From Octopus sinensis (lineage: Eukaryota): a stretch of DNA of 64,000 nucleotides. Both the position numbers and the translations under genes were made by a program. Within the stretch, counting starts at the first letter, position 1, and each line of letters opens with the position of its first letter. The notes under the pieces were generated by a model. The model saw nothing but the letters and a program-made list of their open reading frames with translations. It searched no databases and was not told the origin of the DNA. The stretch spans positions 56,978,001 to 57,042,000 of the forward strand of contig NC_043003.1 in assembly GCF_006345805.1 (NCBI RefSeq). The letters run 5' to 3'. Positions 41,575 to 54,067 of this stretch are shown here, one piece after another.

Positions 41575-42555
41575 CATAAATGTCGAACGATAAAAATGAA
41601 TGCTCAACACCGCAATCGTTTATCTGAGAGGGCAATATATTGACCGAAATCATAATTAATTGCTCCTCCAATATTTTCTTTTAGCGAAAGCCAGGAATCC
41701 TCCTCTTGTATGTATATGTATGTATAATACCTGTATTTGTAAATGAAGGCTACCATTCTTCTTATGTTAAGAAATGTAGGAAACTTTCCAAGTGTTTTAA
41801 AATTTTTGCAAGCCGGTCACAAAGCTCATACATTTGCGTGACCGATCCTCACTTTCTTTTTCTAAATATTATTTGATGGGGCCGACTCTGGTCATCACTG
41901 TAGCGACCGGGTGTTCGTGAGGAATATGAGCAAAACTAGCTTGTTACACGATCCCGTCGTCTTCTGGAGTTTAGTAGTGGTTCGCCCTCCTGCTTGGAGT
42001 ATATACAGCGTGCAGAACCGATCTATGACCCGGTGGCGGAAGATCCATCTTTTATTAAATTAGCCGTATCATTGACCAGCTATTTTAATTTAGTGTTTGA
42101 CTTACTTAAAAACCGCACACACAAACACAAAAATATATATCAATATATATATATATATATATATATTGTATAGATATGGTATCCAGCAGAAATCTGTTGG
42201 ATGTTGTTATACATCGCCAATCCCAAAGTGCATCAAGTTGTCTTAGCTCTTCAATTGGAGCCACCACGCTGACGTTACAGTCATTTGTAATATTGCCACT
42301 TTCAACAATATTCTGAAAAATCTTTTTCTCCTTAATCATAATCCAAGTCTAATAACCGATCATTAAATCACTTAGTATCATAGGCAATCGGTATGCTAAG
42401 AGATAGTTCTACCTGCATTCGATTTGTCATAACAACTTAATTATTCTTTGTATAATTGTTACATTTTACCTTTAATTTTTTTTGTATCACAATTCCAGGG
42501 CTATTTGCAATATTACGGATTATAATATTCTTTTCAAAGATTTCGCGCGTACTAC

Positions 42556-42671
42556 AAAAAAAAAATTCGGATAACCATTATTGCAGTAGGAATACGAACC
42601 CGCATCTCCGAGTATTAAAATCCAGAACTACAAGTCGAATGTCTCTACCATCTTGGCAAACAATAGTTACC
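42556..42671 (-). ncRNA. Vault-RNA-like / tRNA-like Pol III RNA gene, copy 1 (subfamily A)
   Basis: Minus strand reads GGTAACTATTGTTTGCCAAGATGGTAGAGAC...GCGGGTTCGTATTCCTACTGCAATAATGGTTATCCGAA followed by T10. It has an A box, a B box, a terminal stem, and upstream TATAAATAAACTATTTT at 42686-42703. Confidence 0.7.
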
Positions 42672-42709
42672 TATCATTGTTCAGCAAAATAGTTTATTTA
42701 TAAATATAT

Positions 42710-42763
<54 letters not shown>

Positions 42764-42904
42764 ACACACACACACAAACTGCATTATGTATCTACTCAGG
42801 TACATGTAAATACATGCATGCATTATTCCATGTAAGCATACATACAATCACAGATATATATATATATATACATACATATGTATATATATATATATATAAT
42901 ATAT

Positions 42905-42938
<34 letters not shown>

Positions 42939-44399
42939 AGTATGTGTGTGTGTGGGTATGTATGTATGTATATATATAAATCAGACCAAAGTGGACGTAC
43001 GCAGCAATAGGTATATAAAGAGGAATACGGAAAATGGAACAAGAACGCAAAACATCCCGAAAATTAGATGATGCAAAAAAGGGACAAGAAAAAACACGGG
43101 ACGGTCATTCGAAGTTTTCTTTCCTCGGTCGAGTTCCAGATTATCTTCGTCCGTGTTTTTTCTTGTCCCACTTTTTGTATTGCTTTATATATATGTATAT
43201 ATATAATGTTTGAAAATGCAATTTTAAATATGTTTACTCACTTGACTGGTTTCACTTTTTTATAAAAAGATTGTAAAAATCAAAATGTAAAGCTTTGTAT
43301 TCACTTTATTGTGTTAAGTACTGGTTGTCACAATATATGCATATATGCATTCTTTGATAATAATAAGAAAATGTTAAAACAGTTTAGAAGAAAGTACTTA
43401 AGAAAATATTCAAGAAAAATATTAGGAGCTCAAAAAAAATCATGTTTGTTTGGTAGTGTATATATACATACACAGAAAAAAGTATTACGAGTTCAATAAA
43501 AATCATATTTGCTTGGTAGTATATATATATACACAGAAGAAAATATATTTAAGGTTTACAAAGAATTCCAGAGGAACCAACCTATTATTCTAGCATGTTT
43601 TATCTTGTGTGTAACTAAGGATTTTTTGCTAATTTAAGGGATGGTGTTGGAGGTTAGATGGTTGCCCCACGATCCCAGCATATACTGGAGTTTAGTAGTC
43701 CTTTGTTCTCCTGTTTGGAATATATACAGGGTGGAGAACCCTCATATAACCAGCTGGCGGAATACCTTCCTCGTGTTAAAATAGTCGTAAAATTTAATAG
43801 CCATATTCATTTGTCGATTAAACTTACTCAAAGAGTTATATATCTGGTAAACTTATGGTATCCAACATAAGTCTGTTGGAAGTTGTTATAAGTTGCCGGT
43901 CACAAAATGCATCAGGTTGTCTTAGCTCTCCAAATGAAGCTACCACGCTAGCTAAGCGAGCAGGCTGACATTCTCTTTATGAGGCCTACACATTTACTGC
44001 TGAGTGGGTTAGAAGGACGTGAAATGAAATGTCTTACTCAAAAACACAAAGCACCTCTTGATTCGGAACAAAAATCATTGTGTAGCTAACAGTAATTACA
44101 ATATGTTATCCAACGGTTTACATGCCTTTGGATACACATCTACATACACGCATGCACGCAGGCACACACACATACACATACACATTTACAAACACACACT
44201 TACACAAGCATCAATACATTACACGCACACACACACATATGTATATAGAAACATTCATATGTATATATGCATGTAGTGACATAATTATGCGCACGTATAC
44301 CAGTGTAATATGAGGAGTGTGTGCCTCTGTGTGTGTGCGTGTGCGTGCAAGGCATGGGGGCATATGTTTATACCTATACTATTTGGGGGCCGGAAACCT

Positions 44400-44514
44400 G
44401 GTAGCCACTTTTTGTTAAGGAGGAAGAACCGAGCGTATACTAATCAGAAACTTTAGTACGCTGGATCGAAGGTTGATATTCCTTTGGAGATAATGGTTGA
44501 CAGAAATTTGTTTT
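44400..44514 (+). pseudogene. Vault-RNA-like gene copy 2 (subfamily B), degenerate
   Basis: Homologous to copies 4 and 13. The B box is decayed (GGTTGATATTCC), there is an early internal T5 run at ~44410-44414, and the upstream TATA is mutated (TATACCTATACTATTT). Confidence 0.6.
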
Positions 44515-45058
44515 AGTAATATGAAAATATGATGTCTAAGTTTATAATTGATACATTCTCATCGAAAATCAAGTAAATTCAAATGTTCCTATCGTTTCGT
44601 CTTTTCTTTTAAAATATTTAATATCTTAAAATACGTAAGCAACATTTAGAATCAGATATCTTGCAAACCAACGGATTTTATGAGTTATATTTTCTGTTAT
44701 GTTCTAATATACAATCTCATACAGAAAAGATAAACACTTGTGCCAAATAGAAGGGTTAAAAACGTCACAGTCATTTGTAATATTTCCGCTTCCAATAATA
44801 TTTTCAAAAATTTCGTCAATTTCATATTATTAATCATAATCAAGGGCTAATAACCGACCATCAAGTCACGTAGTATGATAGGCAATTGGTATTCTCAGAG
44901 AGTTCTACCTGCATTCGATTTGCCATAGCAACAAAATTATTCTTTGTATTTTGTATAATATTTATATTTTAATTTTTAATTTGATTTTGTATCACAGTTA
45001 CATAGCCATTTGTTATATGACTGTTTCTAAAATTCTTTTGAAAGATTTCGCACATACT

Positions 45059-45176
45059 AAAAAAAAAATGTCAGGTAGCCTTTATTGCCAACGGAATACG
45101 AACCTGCATTCTCAGAGTATTAGACACTGGAACTAGAGGGCGCTTGTCTTTTCCATCTTGGCCAACAAGGGTTACC
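45059..45176 (-). ncRNA. Vault-RNA-like gene copy 3 (subfamily A)
   Basis: Minus strand GGTAACCCTTGTTGGCCAAGATGG...GCAGGTTCGTATTCCGTTGGCAATAAAGGCTACCTGACA followed by T10. Canonical A box TGGCCAAGATGG and upstream TATAAATAAACTATTTT. Confidence 0.7.
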
Positions 45177-45232
45177 TGGCAGTATGCACCAAAATAGTTT
45201 ATTTATATATATATATGCATTCATACCTTTCC

Positions 45233-45269
<37 letters not shown>

Positions 45270-45289
45270 TACTGCATTACTTTTCTGTT

Positions 45290-46018
45290 TGCTGTAGTTT
45301 CAGCTCATAGCTGCGGCCATGCTGATGCACCGCCATTTTGCTATAATGTTATTACTGAGATCCTCCTCTAATATGTGGCACTTGGTGAAGGATGGAGTGT
45401 GATGTAGCCACCCTCATTTGCACCACTTGCCGTGAGGTAGACTCATCTGGGACTCTCGACAGGAAGATATCTAGCTTTGATTTAAAAATGCTTACATGTA
45501 CTTTGTGCAGAGGCCTCAGGCTCTTTGGAATAATATTAATAAGCTGTAGGCCCCTGAAAGCCAGGCTGTTGCAGTAACTGGTCTTCTGGCATGATTGCAT
45601 AGCTGGGACCTCTGGCACTATGCAACGTCGTCTCGTTCTGGCATTGCCGAAGCTTTCAATGTCAAAATTTGGCACAATTACTTCCAGGATTTTCCAGATG
45701 TATATTACTGCATACCCATCCCGTCTTCTGTTTCAGCCTTTCCCAGTAACTCAGCAGTTGCAAAGAGCCGATATTCTTTGTGAATCTTCTCTGGGTTGCT
45801 TCAAAGGTCTGCTGTTTCACACTGATGGGTGACCATAACTTTGAGCAGTAATCCAAGCGGCTGAGGATGAATGTCCTCCAGAGGAACATCATGGTTTCCT
45901 TATCTCTGGTCCTGAATGTTCTCAGGATCCATCTAGCCAGTCGACTGCACTTGGAGAAAGGTATCATCACTCATGTCGATACCCACCTACCTCACTGATT
46001 TAGGCTCTGGGATTAAAA
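45290..46018 (-). mobile_element. CR1-like LINE 3' fragment inserted upstream of RNA copy 3
   Basis: RLARWILRTFRTRDKETMMFLWRTFILSRLDYCSKLWSP, followed by SYCNSLAFRGLQL; same family as 17722-18312. Confidence 0.85.
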
Positions 46019-46200
46019 TTCCGTATATATCTACTTATCTATGTACATTCATGCATGCATTATTGCATGTAGCATACATACGATCACATCTATATATGTA
46101 TATATGTGTGCGTTTGAACACATTCTGTATTGATATTTATACCTGTGTTTGTGTGTGGGGGGTTGTGGGGGGGTATGTGGGTGGGTGTGTGTGTGTGTGT

Positions 46201-46391
46201 GAGTATGTTGATATGTTTATGTGTCAGGATACGTGCAGGAGTGGATATGCTATTGCACACCTGATCGCTATATTTTCGGTTCGAATCTGGAGCACCTTGG
46301 ACAAGAGTCTTCTACTATAGCCTCGGGCCGACCAAAGCCTTGTGAGTGGATTTGGTAGACGGAAACTGAAAGAAGCCCGTAGTATATATGC

Positions 46392-46424
<33 letters not shown>

Positions 46425-46646
46425 AGTATGTTGATATGTTTATGTGTCAGGATACGTGCAGGAGTGGATATGCTATTGCACACCTGATCGCTATATTTTC
46501 GGTTCGAATCTGGAGCACCTTGGACAAGAGTCTTCTACTATAGCCTCGGGCCGACCAAAGCCTTGTGAGTGGATTTGGTAGACGGAAACTGAAAGAAGCC
46601 CGTAGTATATATGCATATATATATATATGTGTGTGTGTGTGTGTTT
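46201..46646. repeat. Exact tandem duplication, 223-bp period, of a SINE head bounded by (TG)n
   Basis: 46201-46423 repeats at 46424-46646. Confidence 0.9.
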
Positions 46647-46887
46647 GTCTGTTTATATGTTTGTGTGTCTGTGTTTGTCTCCCCAACATCGCTTGACAAA
46701 CGATAGTGGTGTGTTTACGTCCCCGTAACTTAGCGGTTCGGCAAAAGAACCGATAGAATAAGTACTAGGCTTCCAAAGAATAAGTCCTGGGGTCGATTTC
46801 TTGACTAAAGTTGGTGCTCCAGCATGGCTGCAGTAAAATGACTGAAACAAGTAAAAGAGAAATATATCTACGTATCTATATCTGATA

Positions 46888-48540
46888 CTAGCAGCATAGC
46901 CCGGCGTTGCCCGGGTATGTAAGAGCTCCTAGTAGGCAACGACTAATCCCGATCTAGTCCTTTCCCTCTAGGGAGCGAAGGCGCATGTGTAGGTTGCAAT
47001 GTCTTCTCTTCACTCCAATACTTCTGTGTATACGACGTTCCTAGCTGTCCCTTTGTGCGAAAACATGAAAACATCATTGCGCCTCCCAACGCGTGAACAG
47101 CACACGTAGAGTTGACCGTGGGCGAAGCCCTGTTCGCCCAAATGTAACCCAGCGACTTGTAGCGTTTGGCCTTGGGATTTATTGATGGACATTGCGAAGC
47201 AGAGTTTAACAGGTAACTGAGAACGCCTGAAGTGGATTGGTAGGTCAGCGCCCGACGGTTGAAGGTGCATGTGTGGAATGAAGACGTCCTCTCCCTTCCC
47301 ACAACCGGTAAATATTGTGGCCGTTATTAAATGTGGTGCCAAATGTTTCACAACCAGACTTGTGCCGTTGCACTGTTTAGATGCAACCAAATTCCTGATG
47401 AGCATAATTGGCGCACCGACTTTTAACTTCAGGATGTGTGGCGGCAGGTCAGGCGGTTCAAGTGAATTCAGGAATTCAACAGGATAATCAGCAAGCTCGG
47501 CGGGGTCTGCTGTCCTATCTATAGATTTGTAGACGTGGACATCACCAAGAATAGCTTCAAGTAGCTGGATATTGATGGAGTTGACGGTTGTATTTTTGGG
47601 TGCGAGAATAGCTCTGCCTGCTAGCCATTTTAGGTCGCGTAAATTGTTTTGTAGATCGTGGAAGACAGCGTCCCGGAGGCCAGCAGGGGTGTCGACAGTG
47701 GTGCAAAGTGAGTCCTGAAGTGGCGGTGTTGGGGGTAAAGTCTCGAATGTAATTTCTTCCTGGTAGGAATTGGTTCACCAAAACTTAGGTTAGTCTGGAG
47801 GTTTCGATGTAATCTTTGGTTTTTATGTGGGATACCTTGAAGATTAAGTCTAGATTTCCTCCTGTGGGTTGAATTATCGATAGCTGTTTGATAGTTATTT
47901 GGGGGAGTAAGAGAGTTAAAGAAAGTCGAGTTGCGTCCCCTAGACAGTCTGTGGTTTGTGTTTAATACACAAATCGGTTTGCTATGTGTGCCACATATGA
48001 TTTAATTAACCGATTTTTTCCTGTAATAAAGTATCCTATTGGAATAAAAAGGGCCATATAGCTCCTTGGAACAGACATGATGCTCGCTGTTAATTAAAAA
48101 AAAAAATTCCTGCCAATTTGTTAAAGATATTGTCGAAAATATGTCATCTTGAATTTGAACGCGATTTCCCAAAATGGCATGATTTTATCGATTTTTTTCT
48201 GATGGTAAGGTACTGCATGGAAAACTAATGTCAGAATTAAGTTTCTTAGGGTAACATTAAGCTTCACCATGTGTTTGGTGAAAATCGATTGCAAGTTGCG
48301 AAAACTACAACAGAAAATGTGTTGCATATGAAAAGCTTAGATTCTCGACCCCATGTCGAATTTATCGATTTTTTTCAGAACTGGTGGAACTTCTCAACTT
48401 TTGCTGTGTTAGTTTTGAATTATGACATTGGGCTGTGTGTGTGTCAAGTTTCATCACAATCGGTTGAAAGCCGTGGTCAGGGTGATGGTACGACCTGACA
48501 GACACACAGACAGACAAACTGCCTTTTATATAGAGAGAGA
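46888..48540 (-). mobile_element. Internally deleted Helitron
   Basis: On the minus strand it starts TC (48540), ends CTAG (46888) after the hairpin CCCGGGCAACGCCGGGC, sits in an A|T site, and carries a PIF1-like helicase segment. Confidence 0.85.
47010..47726 (-). CDS. Helitron RepHel C-terminal PIF1-like helicase fragment (no start codon)
   Basis: Uninterrupted frame with RAILAPKNTTVNSIN, EFLNSLEPPDLPPHILKLKVGAPIMLIRNL, FAMSINKSQGQTL, HGQLYVCCSRV and NVVYTEVL. Confidence 0.85.
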   Translation of the reverse strand, partial: PPLQDSLCTTVDTPAGLRDAVFHDLQNNLRDLKWLAGRAILAPKNTTVNSINIQLLEAILGDVHVYKSIDRTADPAELADYPVEFLNSLEPPDLPPHILKLKVGAPIMLIRNLVASKQCNGTSLVVKHLAPHLITATIFTGCGKGEDVFIPHMHLQPSGADLPIHFRRSQLPVKLCFAMSINKSQGQTLQVAGLHLGEQGFAHGQLYVCCSRVGRRNDVFMFSHKGTARNVVYTEVLE

Positions 48541-48546
48541 TGTATA

Positions 48547-48595
<49 letters not shown>

Positions 48596-48838
48596 TATAT
48601 ATATATATATATATATAACGATAGATAGATAAATACATACATATGCGTATTCCTATGTATATATGCATGCAAGCAGTTATACATATATGAATGTATACAT
48701 GTGTAAAATTTGACAGAGGATTACGCGCGAGTATCTGTGTGTGTGTCTGTCTGTCTGTCTGTTTGTGTAGGTGTATCGGTTTGTGCATACGTATGGATGC
48801 ATATACGTATAAATTTACTATTTTGCAACGAGAGAATC

Positions 48839-48953
48839 GGTGGCTACTGTTTGCCAATGTGGAAGAAACGAGAGCATTCTGATTAGCGACTTCAGTACGC
48901 TGAAACGAAGGTTCGTATTCCTTGCTAGGCAGCTGTCATCTGAACTTTGTTTT
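48839..48953 (+). ncRNA. Vault-RNA-like gene copy 4 (subfamily B)
   Basis: GGTGGCTACTGTTTGCCAATGTGG...GAAGGTTCGTATTCCTTGCTAGGCAGCTGTCATCTGAACTTTGTTTT, with upstream TATAAATTTACTATTTT. Confidence 0.7.
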
Positions 48954-49339
48954 ACCTATACGCAGATATGAAGTCAAAGTTTATAATTCATGCATTTTCC
49001 TCCACAATCAAAAAAATCAATTTATCTACTTTTTTAGATGAATTTCTTTTCAAATAATTGATAATTTAAAATACGCCAGCAAAATTTAGAATCAGATATT
49101 TCAAAAACGGACGGAAATTTCCGTTTAATATGCAGCGCCATACAGAAAATATGAACATCAGTTTTATCTAGAAGGGTATACAGACGCGACATAGGCATTT
49201 GTAATATTACGGCTTCGCACGCTATTCTGAATGATTTGCCCCATTTGTATTATTGAAAGTAAAATAAAGACTATGAGAAAACATTACAACTCTTAGTACA
49301 AAAGACAATGAATTTTCTCAGAGTTCTCACTTTAGCTTT

Positions 49340-50390
49340 CGTAATTCAAGTGCGGGGAAAATCCTCCACGATCTTCCATACATACTCCAATGCATACATC
49401 AATACAGTTGGAAGCAACAGCCCAAACATCTGGGGAAAATATCCTCCATAGGGCCTATATAGTGTCATGGTACTTTATGTTGAATGTCCTCAGAATTCAT
49501 CCGAGTATTCTCTTGCAAACTGGCACAATCTTGGTGAAATGCATTTGTAACGTGACAGCTTTGCTAATATCAATCCCACGTTTATGCCCTGTATATGAGA
49601 CTGTGATTGCCACTTCTTTTCGTCGAAATTATCGCTGTTGTGGCTTTTGGGCACCAACTAGCTTCGATTTTTCCTGCATGAAATTGCACGTTGATTCCCT
49701 CAGCATATCTATATGTATTATCTTGGTGTTTCGAGGGACGATTAGCATGAGAAAGTTCGTTGACAGCTAGTAGAACTTATGTGTTGTCGGCATAGCTAGT
49801 AAGTGCGGCTGTCTGAACGTGGAAAGTAGTTGTATGACTTCTTAAATGCCACAAGCCAGGAGTGGCAGCCAATGGATCCCTCTCCAATGAGACAGAAAAA
49901 GAGATTGGTGTCACACGGGAAACTCCATTGGGATCACTTTGTTCATGGTGCATCTTTCAGACATCCATTATGAATAGGATATAATATGCGTCGTTCATGT
50001 TTTTGGGACGTCTTTCAGTTTCGAGGAAGCTCTGGAAGGGAATATGAAGGGGTCTTGCTACAGCCCCTGTGCATATATTTAGCAGTATTGCTGAGAAACC
50101 ATTATGGATGATCACTACATTATGGAGGATTGCCACATTATTTGTAAAGGAAAGGATCTGAATATTTTTCATCTTGTTGCGTGGAGTACTATTTGCTCCA
50201 TAAAGAGTATGGTTGTGAGACGAAGCAGAGGTTCTACATGTCTCACAGATAACTGAGAAATAGTTGCCGTCTGGTCATTCTATGTTATGAAGGTTGAAGT
50301 CCACTAGGAAAATTATGTGCAGGTAGTCGTCCAGATTGGTTAATAATTCTTTCATTTTGGGGAAGATCTCTTCAAATAAATCCCCGTTAT
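49340..50390 (-). mobile_element. Degenerate, internally deleted CR1-like LINE (endonuclease remnant joined to RT C-terminus)
   Basis: Minus frames give IIFLVDFNLHNIE (GDFN-like) and SDHP, then GxILRTFNIKYHDTIxALWRIF. Confidence 0.55.
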
Positions 50391-50650
50391 AGATAGCGGT
50401 CACCTTAATTTTCGTTAAAGGTAGCATTCACCTTAACTTCGTCTTATTTATATGAAAATATGAAGTCAAAATTTTAACCTGATGCATTTACTCCTAATGT
50501 CATATAAAAACAAATAATTCCATTTTGTATCATTTGACTTAAAATAATTAATAACTTCTTTGTATTCTGTATAATAGTTCCATAGCGTTTTATTTTGTAT
50601 CACAGTTATATAGCCGCTTGTAATATTTCAGCCATTTTGAAAAAGGTTTC
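50390..50650 (+). pseudogene. Remnant of a subfamily B unit (3' tip of the RNA plus downstream flank)
   Basis: GCGGTCACCTTAATTTTCGTT resembles the 3' end of copy 13, followed by the ATATGAAGTCAAA flank seen after copy 4. The 5' part is replaced by the LINE fragment upstream. Confidence 0.35.
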
Positions 50651-50894
50651 ATAAATAGTTTGTCCTTAACGCCTTTTCTTTTGCTACTCATATATCTGTT
50701 TCTGTCTCTCTCTCTTCAGGTCACTCTTCCCCATACATAGCCACTGGTATTCTGTATCCACCTTGGCGTTCGTATCACTTGCAAACGGACCGTACAGTTT
50801 TTCAACGTTCCTTCCCTTTCTTATTTATGTGTGTTCTTTTCCTCTTTAATCTTCTCTTAAAACATTGTCAATTTTCATAACACGGCATATTTTC

Positions 50895-51025
50895 ACATGC
50901 TTCAATTATTATTATTATTATTATTATCTTTGTTGTTGTTGTTGTTGTTGTTGCTGCTGCTGCTGCTGTTGTTGTTGTTGTTGTTGCTGTTGCTGCTGCT
51001 GCTGCTGTTGTTGTTGTTGTTGTAA
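50895..51025. repeat. Compound trinucleotide microsatellite (TAT)n-(TGT)n-(TGC)n
   Basis: Direct reading; it explains the poly-Tyr/poly-Cys ORF. Confidence 0.95.
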
Positions 51026-52292
51026 TATTAACATTACACCGTACACATCTTTTAGTTATGCATTTGCTTGAACTTTGTTTTGTAGTTAGAGCTTAACTAC
51101 GTATTATCAATATTATTGTTGTTATGTGTATTAATATATGCATGGGTGACCAATTGTTGAAACGCATATATATATATATGAACCTTTGCAAAGGCTAATA
51201 TATCAATATATAATATATTACATTTGATTAGGTATATACGCGTGTGTGTCTTTGAGTGTATGGGTGTTGTATGTGAGTGTGCATACGTGAATATGAGTAT
51301 ACATAAATCTATATGTATATACATATATTCATATGACTTTGTGCATAGTCATGTATACGTAGATAAATATCCTGTTTGAATGCATGAGCAATTGTAGTAA
51401 GAACTTTGATCTGTAAAAATAATTTACAAGTATTTTAAGTTTTGATTTTTAATTTGTAATCATTAATTTAATTAGGGATGTTTACTTTTAGCTATTTAAT
51501 TGACCACAAGGCTCTCTGATTTATAGATTGTGTAGCCAAATATTTGTGAAATTATCTGCTTGATTGGCTGGCTAGTCAGCTCACTGATTAGGTGCACTGG
51601 ATGGTAGACCAGCAGTCTCCAACTTTGGACACTTACCCTAGTTATTAATTCACCTTAACCATAAATATTTCCCTAATTTTCCTACGGAATAAATTCTTTA
51701 AATTGTTTTTACTAATTTCACATTCCTACTTTAAAAAAAACCTAGACCATTTTCACACCAATTGTCGTATTTCCTAAATGTCCAAATAGGTTTCTCTCTT
51801 AAAATTTATTCCATAATAATTAATTTTTTAACCTAATATATATTGTCCCAAGAGTTTTTCGGTCGCCTTACAACATATACCATTATTCTATTCATTTATT
51901 TATCTATCTCACCGTATATAACGGTCACAATAGCTGGTCGTTTGTTTTAAATTTCAACTGACCAATTATATCGAACGGTGGACCATTTTCTGATTACTCT
52001 CTCTCTTTTCATATATATATATATATAATATATATATATACATACATACATACATATATATATATACATAAAAAATACATAAAAGGTACACAGGCGTATA
52101 TATAATGGTATGTGTGTGCGTATATATGTATACAATAAAATTAAACATATATACGTATACAAGAATAATGTGGGGGTAAGTGTGAGTGTATATGTGTGTG
52201 TGTGCGTGTGTGTGTGTGGTTGTGTGTGTGTGTGTGTACGTACAAGGTATTAATGCATATATTTATAAATATACTATTTTGCTGCCACAAAC

Positions 52293-52419
52293 GGTAATCC
52301 TTGTTTGCTAAGGTGGAAGAACTGAACGTATTCTACTCAGAAAGTTTAGTACGCTGAGACGATGGTTCGTACTCCTTAGCAGTCAATGATTACTAGTAAT
52401 ATATCTTAATGTTTGTTTT
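52293..52419 (+). ncRNA. Vault-RNA-like gene copy 5 (subfamily B)
   Basis: GGTAATCCTTGTTTGCTAAGGTGG...GGTTCGTACTCCTTAGCAGTCAATGATTACT. The ends GGTAATC/GATTACT pair. Upstream TATAAATATACTATTTT is present; the terminator is weaker and more distal. Confidence 0.65.
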
Positions 52420-52844
52420 ATTTATATAAAATATTCATTCATTTTCATTGAAACCTATAAAAAGTCAAATTAAAGTACCTTTTCTTCATTTGTTTTAGAA
52501 TAATTAATAACTTAAAATAAGTAAGCAAAATTTAGAATCTAATATCTCGCAAATGAACGATGTTTTATAATATTGCGACTTCCCAAAATATTCTAAATAT
52601 TTCGTCAACTTTATATATTTAAAAATAATTAAAGGTCAATAACTGAATATCAAAAGTTTTAGTAGCACAGGTAATCGATTTTCACAGAGAGTTATACCTG
52701 CATTCGATTTGGAATAATAATTAAGCTATTTTTTCTATTTGTCTAATATTTACATAACTTTTGTATTTTATTTTGTATCACAGTTACATGTTGAAATGTA
52801 ATATCACAACTTATAAGACTATTTTGAAAGAATTTGCATATAGT

Positions 52845-52960
52845 AAAAAACAAATTCGGGCAAGGGTTATTTCTAAAGGTATACGAACTTTCCTGGCGGA
52901 GATTTAAAGACACCAATTGCAATGCGATTGCTTCTTCCAGCGTGGCAAACATAGTTTAAC
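52845..52960 (-). pseudogene. Vault-RNA-like gene copy 6, degenerate (position of subfamily A partner)
   Basis: Minus strand retains TTTGCCACGCTGGAAG, a decayed B box AGTTCGTATACC and a T-run. The terminal stem is largely lost. Confidence 0.5.
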
Positions 52961-53034
52961 TGTTCATCGTTCACAAAACCGCACATTTATAAATATATGA
53001 ACCCATATCAATTCACAGAAGCCCAACAAAACAA

Positions 53035-53390
53035 ACACACTTACTTACTTGTACTTGTGGCCACATTCACCCTGGGCGGGTTGGGTCGGCTTCTTCTACC
53101 ATGGAAGAAGTTTCGTGCGAATATGTGGATTTCACAAGCGGTCTCCAACAATCCCGCATGTGAAGACATCATGTTTGCTGCAGATTGTCCGCAGACGCGG
53201 GGACAGAACGACCGAGGAGCCACCGGTTGCCGAAGCAGACACTCCGAGGATTTTCACCAGAGCCCCGTCTGCCGGGTTGTGGCCCTAATACCACTCGGTG
53301 TCAGAACAATCCGCCTTCGGTGGCCCTACCAGGAACCGAAGTTCCCGACGGCATAGCTCTGACACTACCCGTTGCCAGCGTCACACCAAG
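53035..53390. mobile_element. RTE-like LINE fragment, possibly with a 5' inversion
   Basis: GC-rich island with a (TTAC)n tail at the left end and GGTGGCCCTACCAGG...CCGACGGCATAGCTCT (RTE 5'-type motif) at the right. Confidence 0.45.
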
Positions 53391-54036
53391 ATGAAGAGGG
53401 GATGGATACACACACTACATTGAATATGTTACTGCTGTACACATACATGACAGTATACATTAATGCATGTATGAATATATGGGTACGTACACACATATCT
53501 ATATATGCGTGTGAATGCATTGTGTATTTATATACATAATTATGTATATATATGTGTGAGTGATATTTTGCGTGTTGTGTGTGATTATGTGCGTGTGTCA
53601 AGGCACGGGGGATGAGTGGATAATTTGTCGCACACACGATCACTACATGACGGGGAGTACTTCGGAGTAAACAAGGCCTTGTGTTCTTGACGAAGGAACA
53701 TCATTGAACTTTTTTCCTAACCACTCAGATGTAAATGGGTATCTCGATGGTGGAATAACACTCAGATTAGGGAAATGAGAGGCTGCTCTCCTAGCTAGTG
53801 AGTTAACGTGATAAGGAATGATTAAAGAATGCAAAGCGCATTTTGTCTAGCAATATATAGCAACATCCGATGATTTGTTGGTCAATAACACTATGTATAT
53901 CTCTCTCTATATATATATATATAAATATATATGGATCTTTTCGGTTTGAACGGCAGTTTTTAACATAATTTCTATATGCATTTATTCCTGTGTATCATGT
54001 GGGAGAGTGTGGGGGATACGTAGAGATGGTTCACTT

Positions 54037-54053
54037 TATAAATATACTATTTT
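54037..54053 (+). promoter_or_regulatory. Conserved upstream TATA-like element of the RNA gene family (representative copy)
   Basis: TATAAATATACTATTTT or a close variant lies about 30-15 nt upstream of the first GG in nearly every copy, while the spacer between it and the gene is not conserved. Confidence 0.65.
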
Positions 54054-54067
54054 GGAGCGGGAAAATA

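Noticed and set aside
50865-51071. Poly-Tyr/poly-Cys ORF
   Set aside because: It is a compound trinucleotide microsatellite without splice or coding context.
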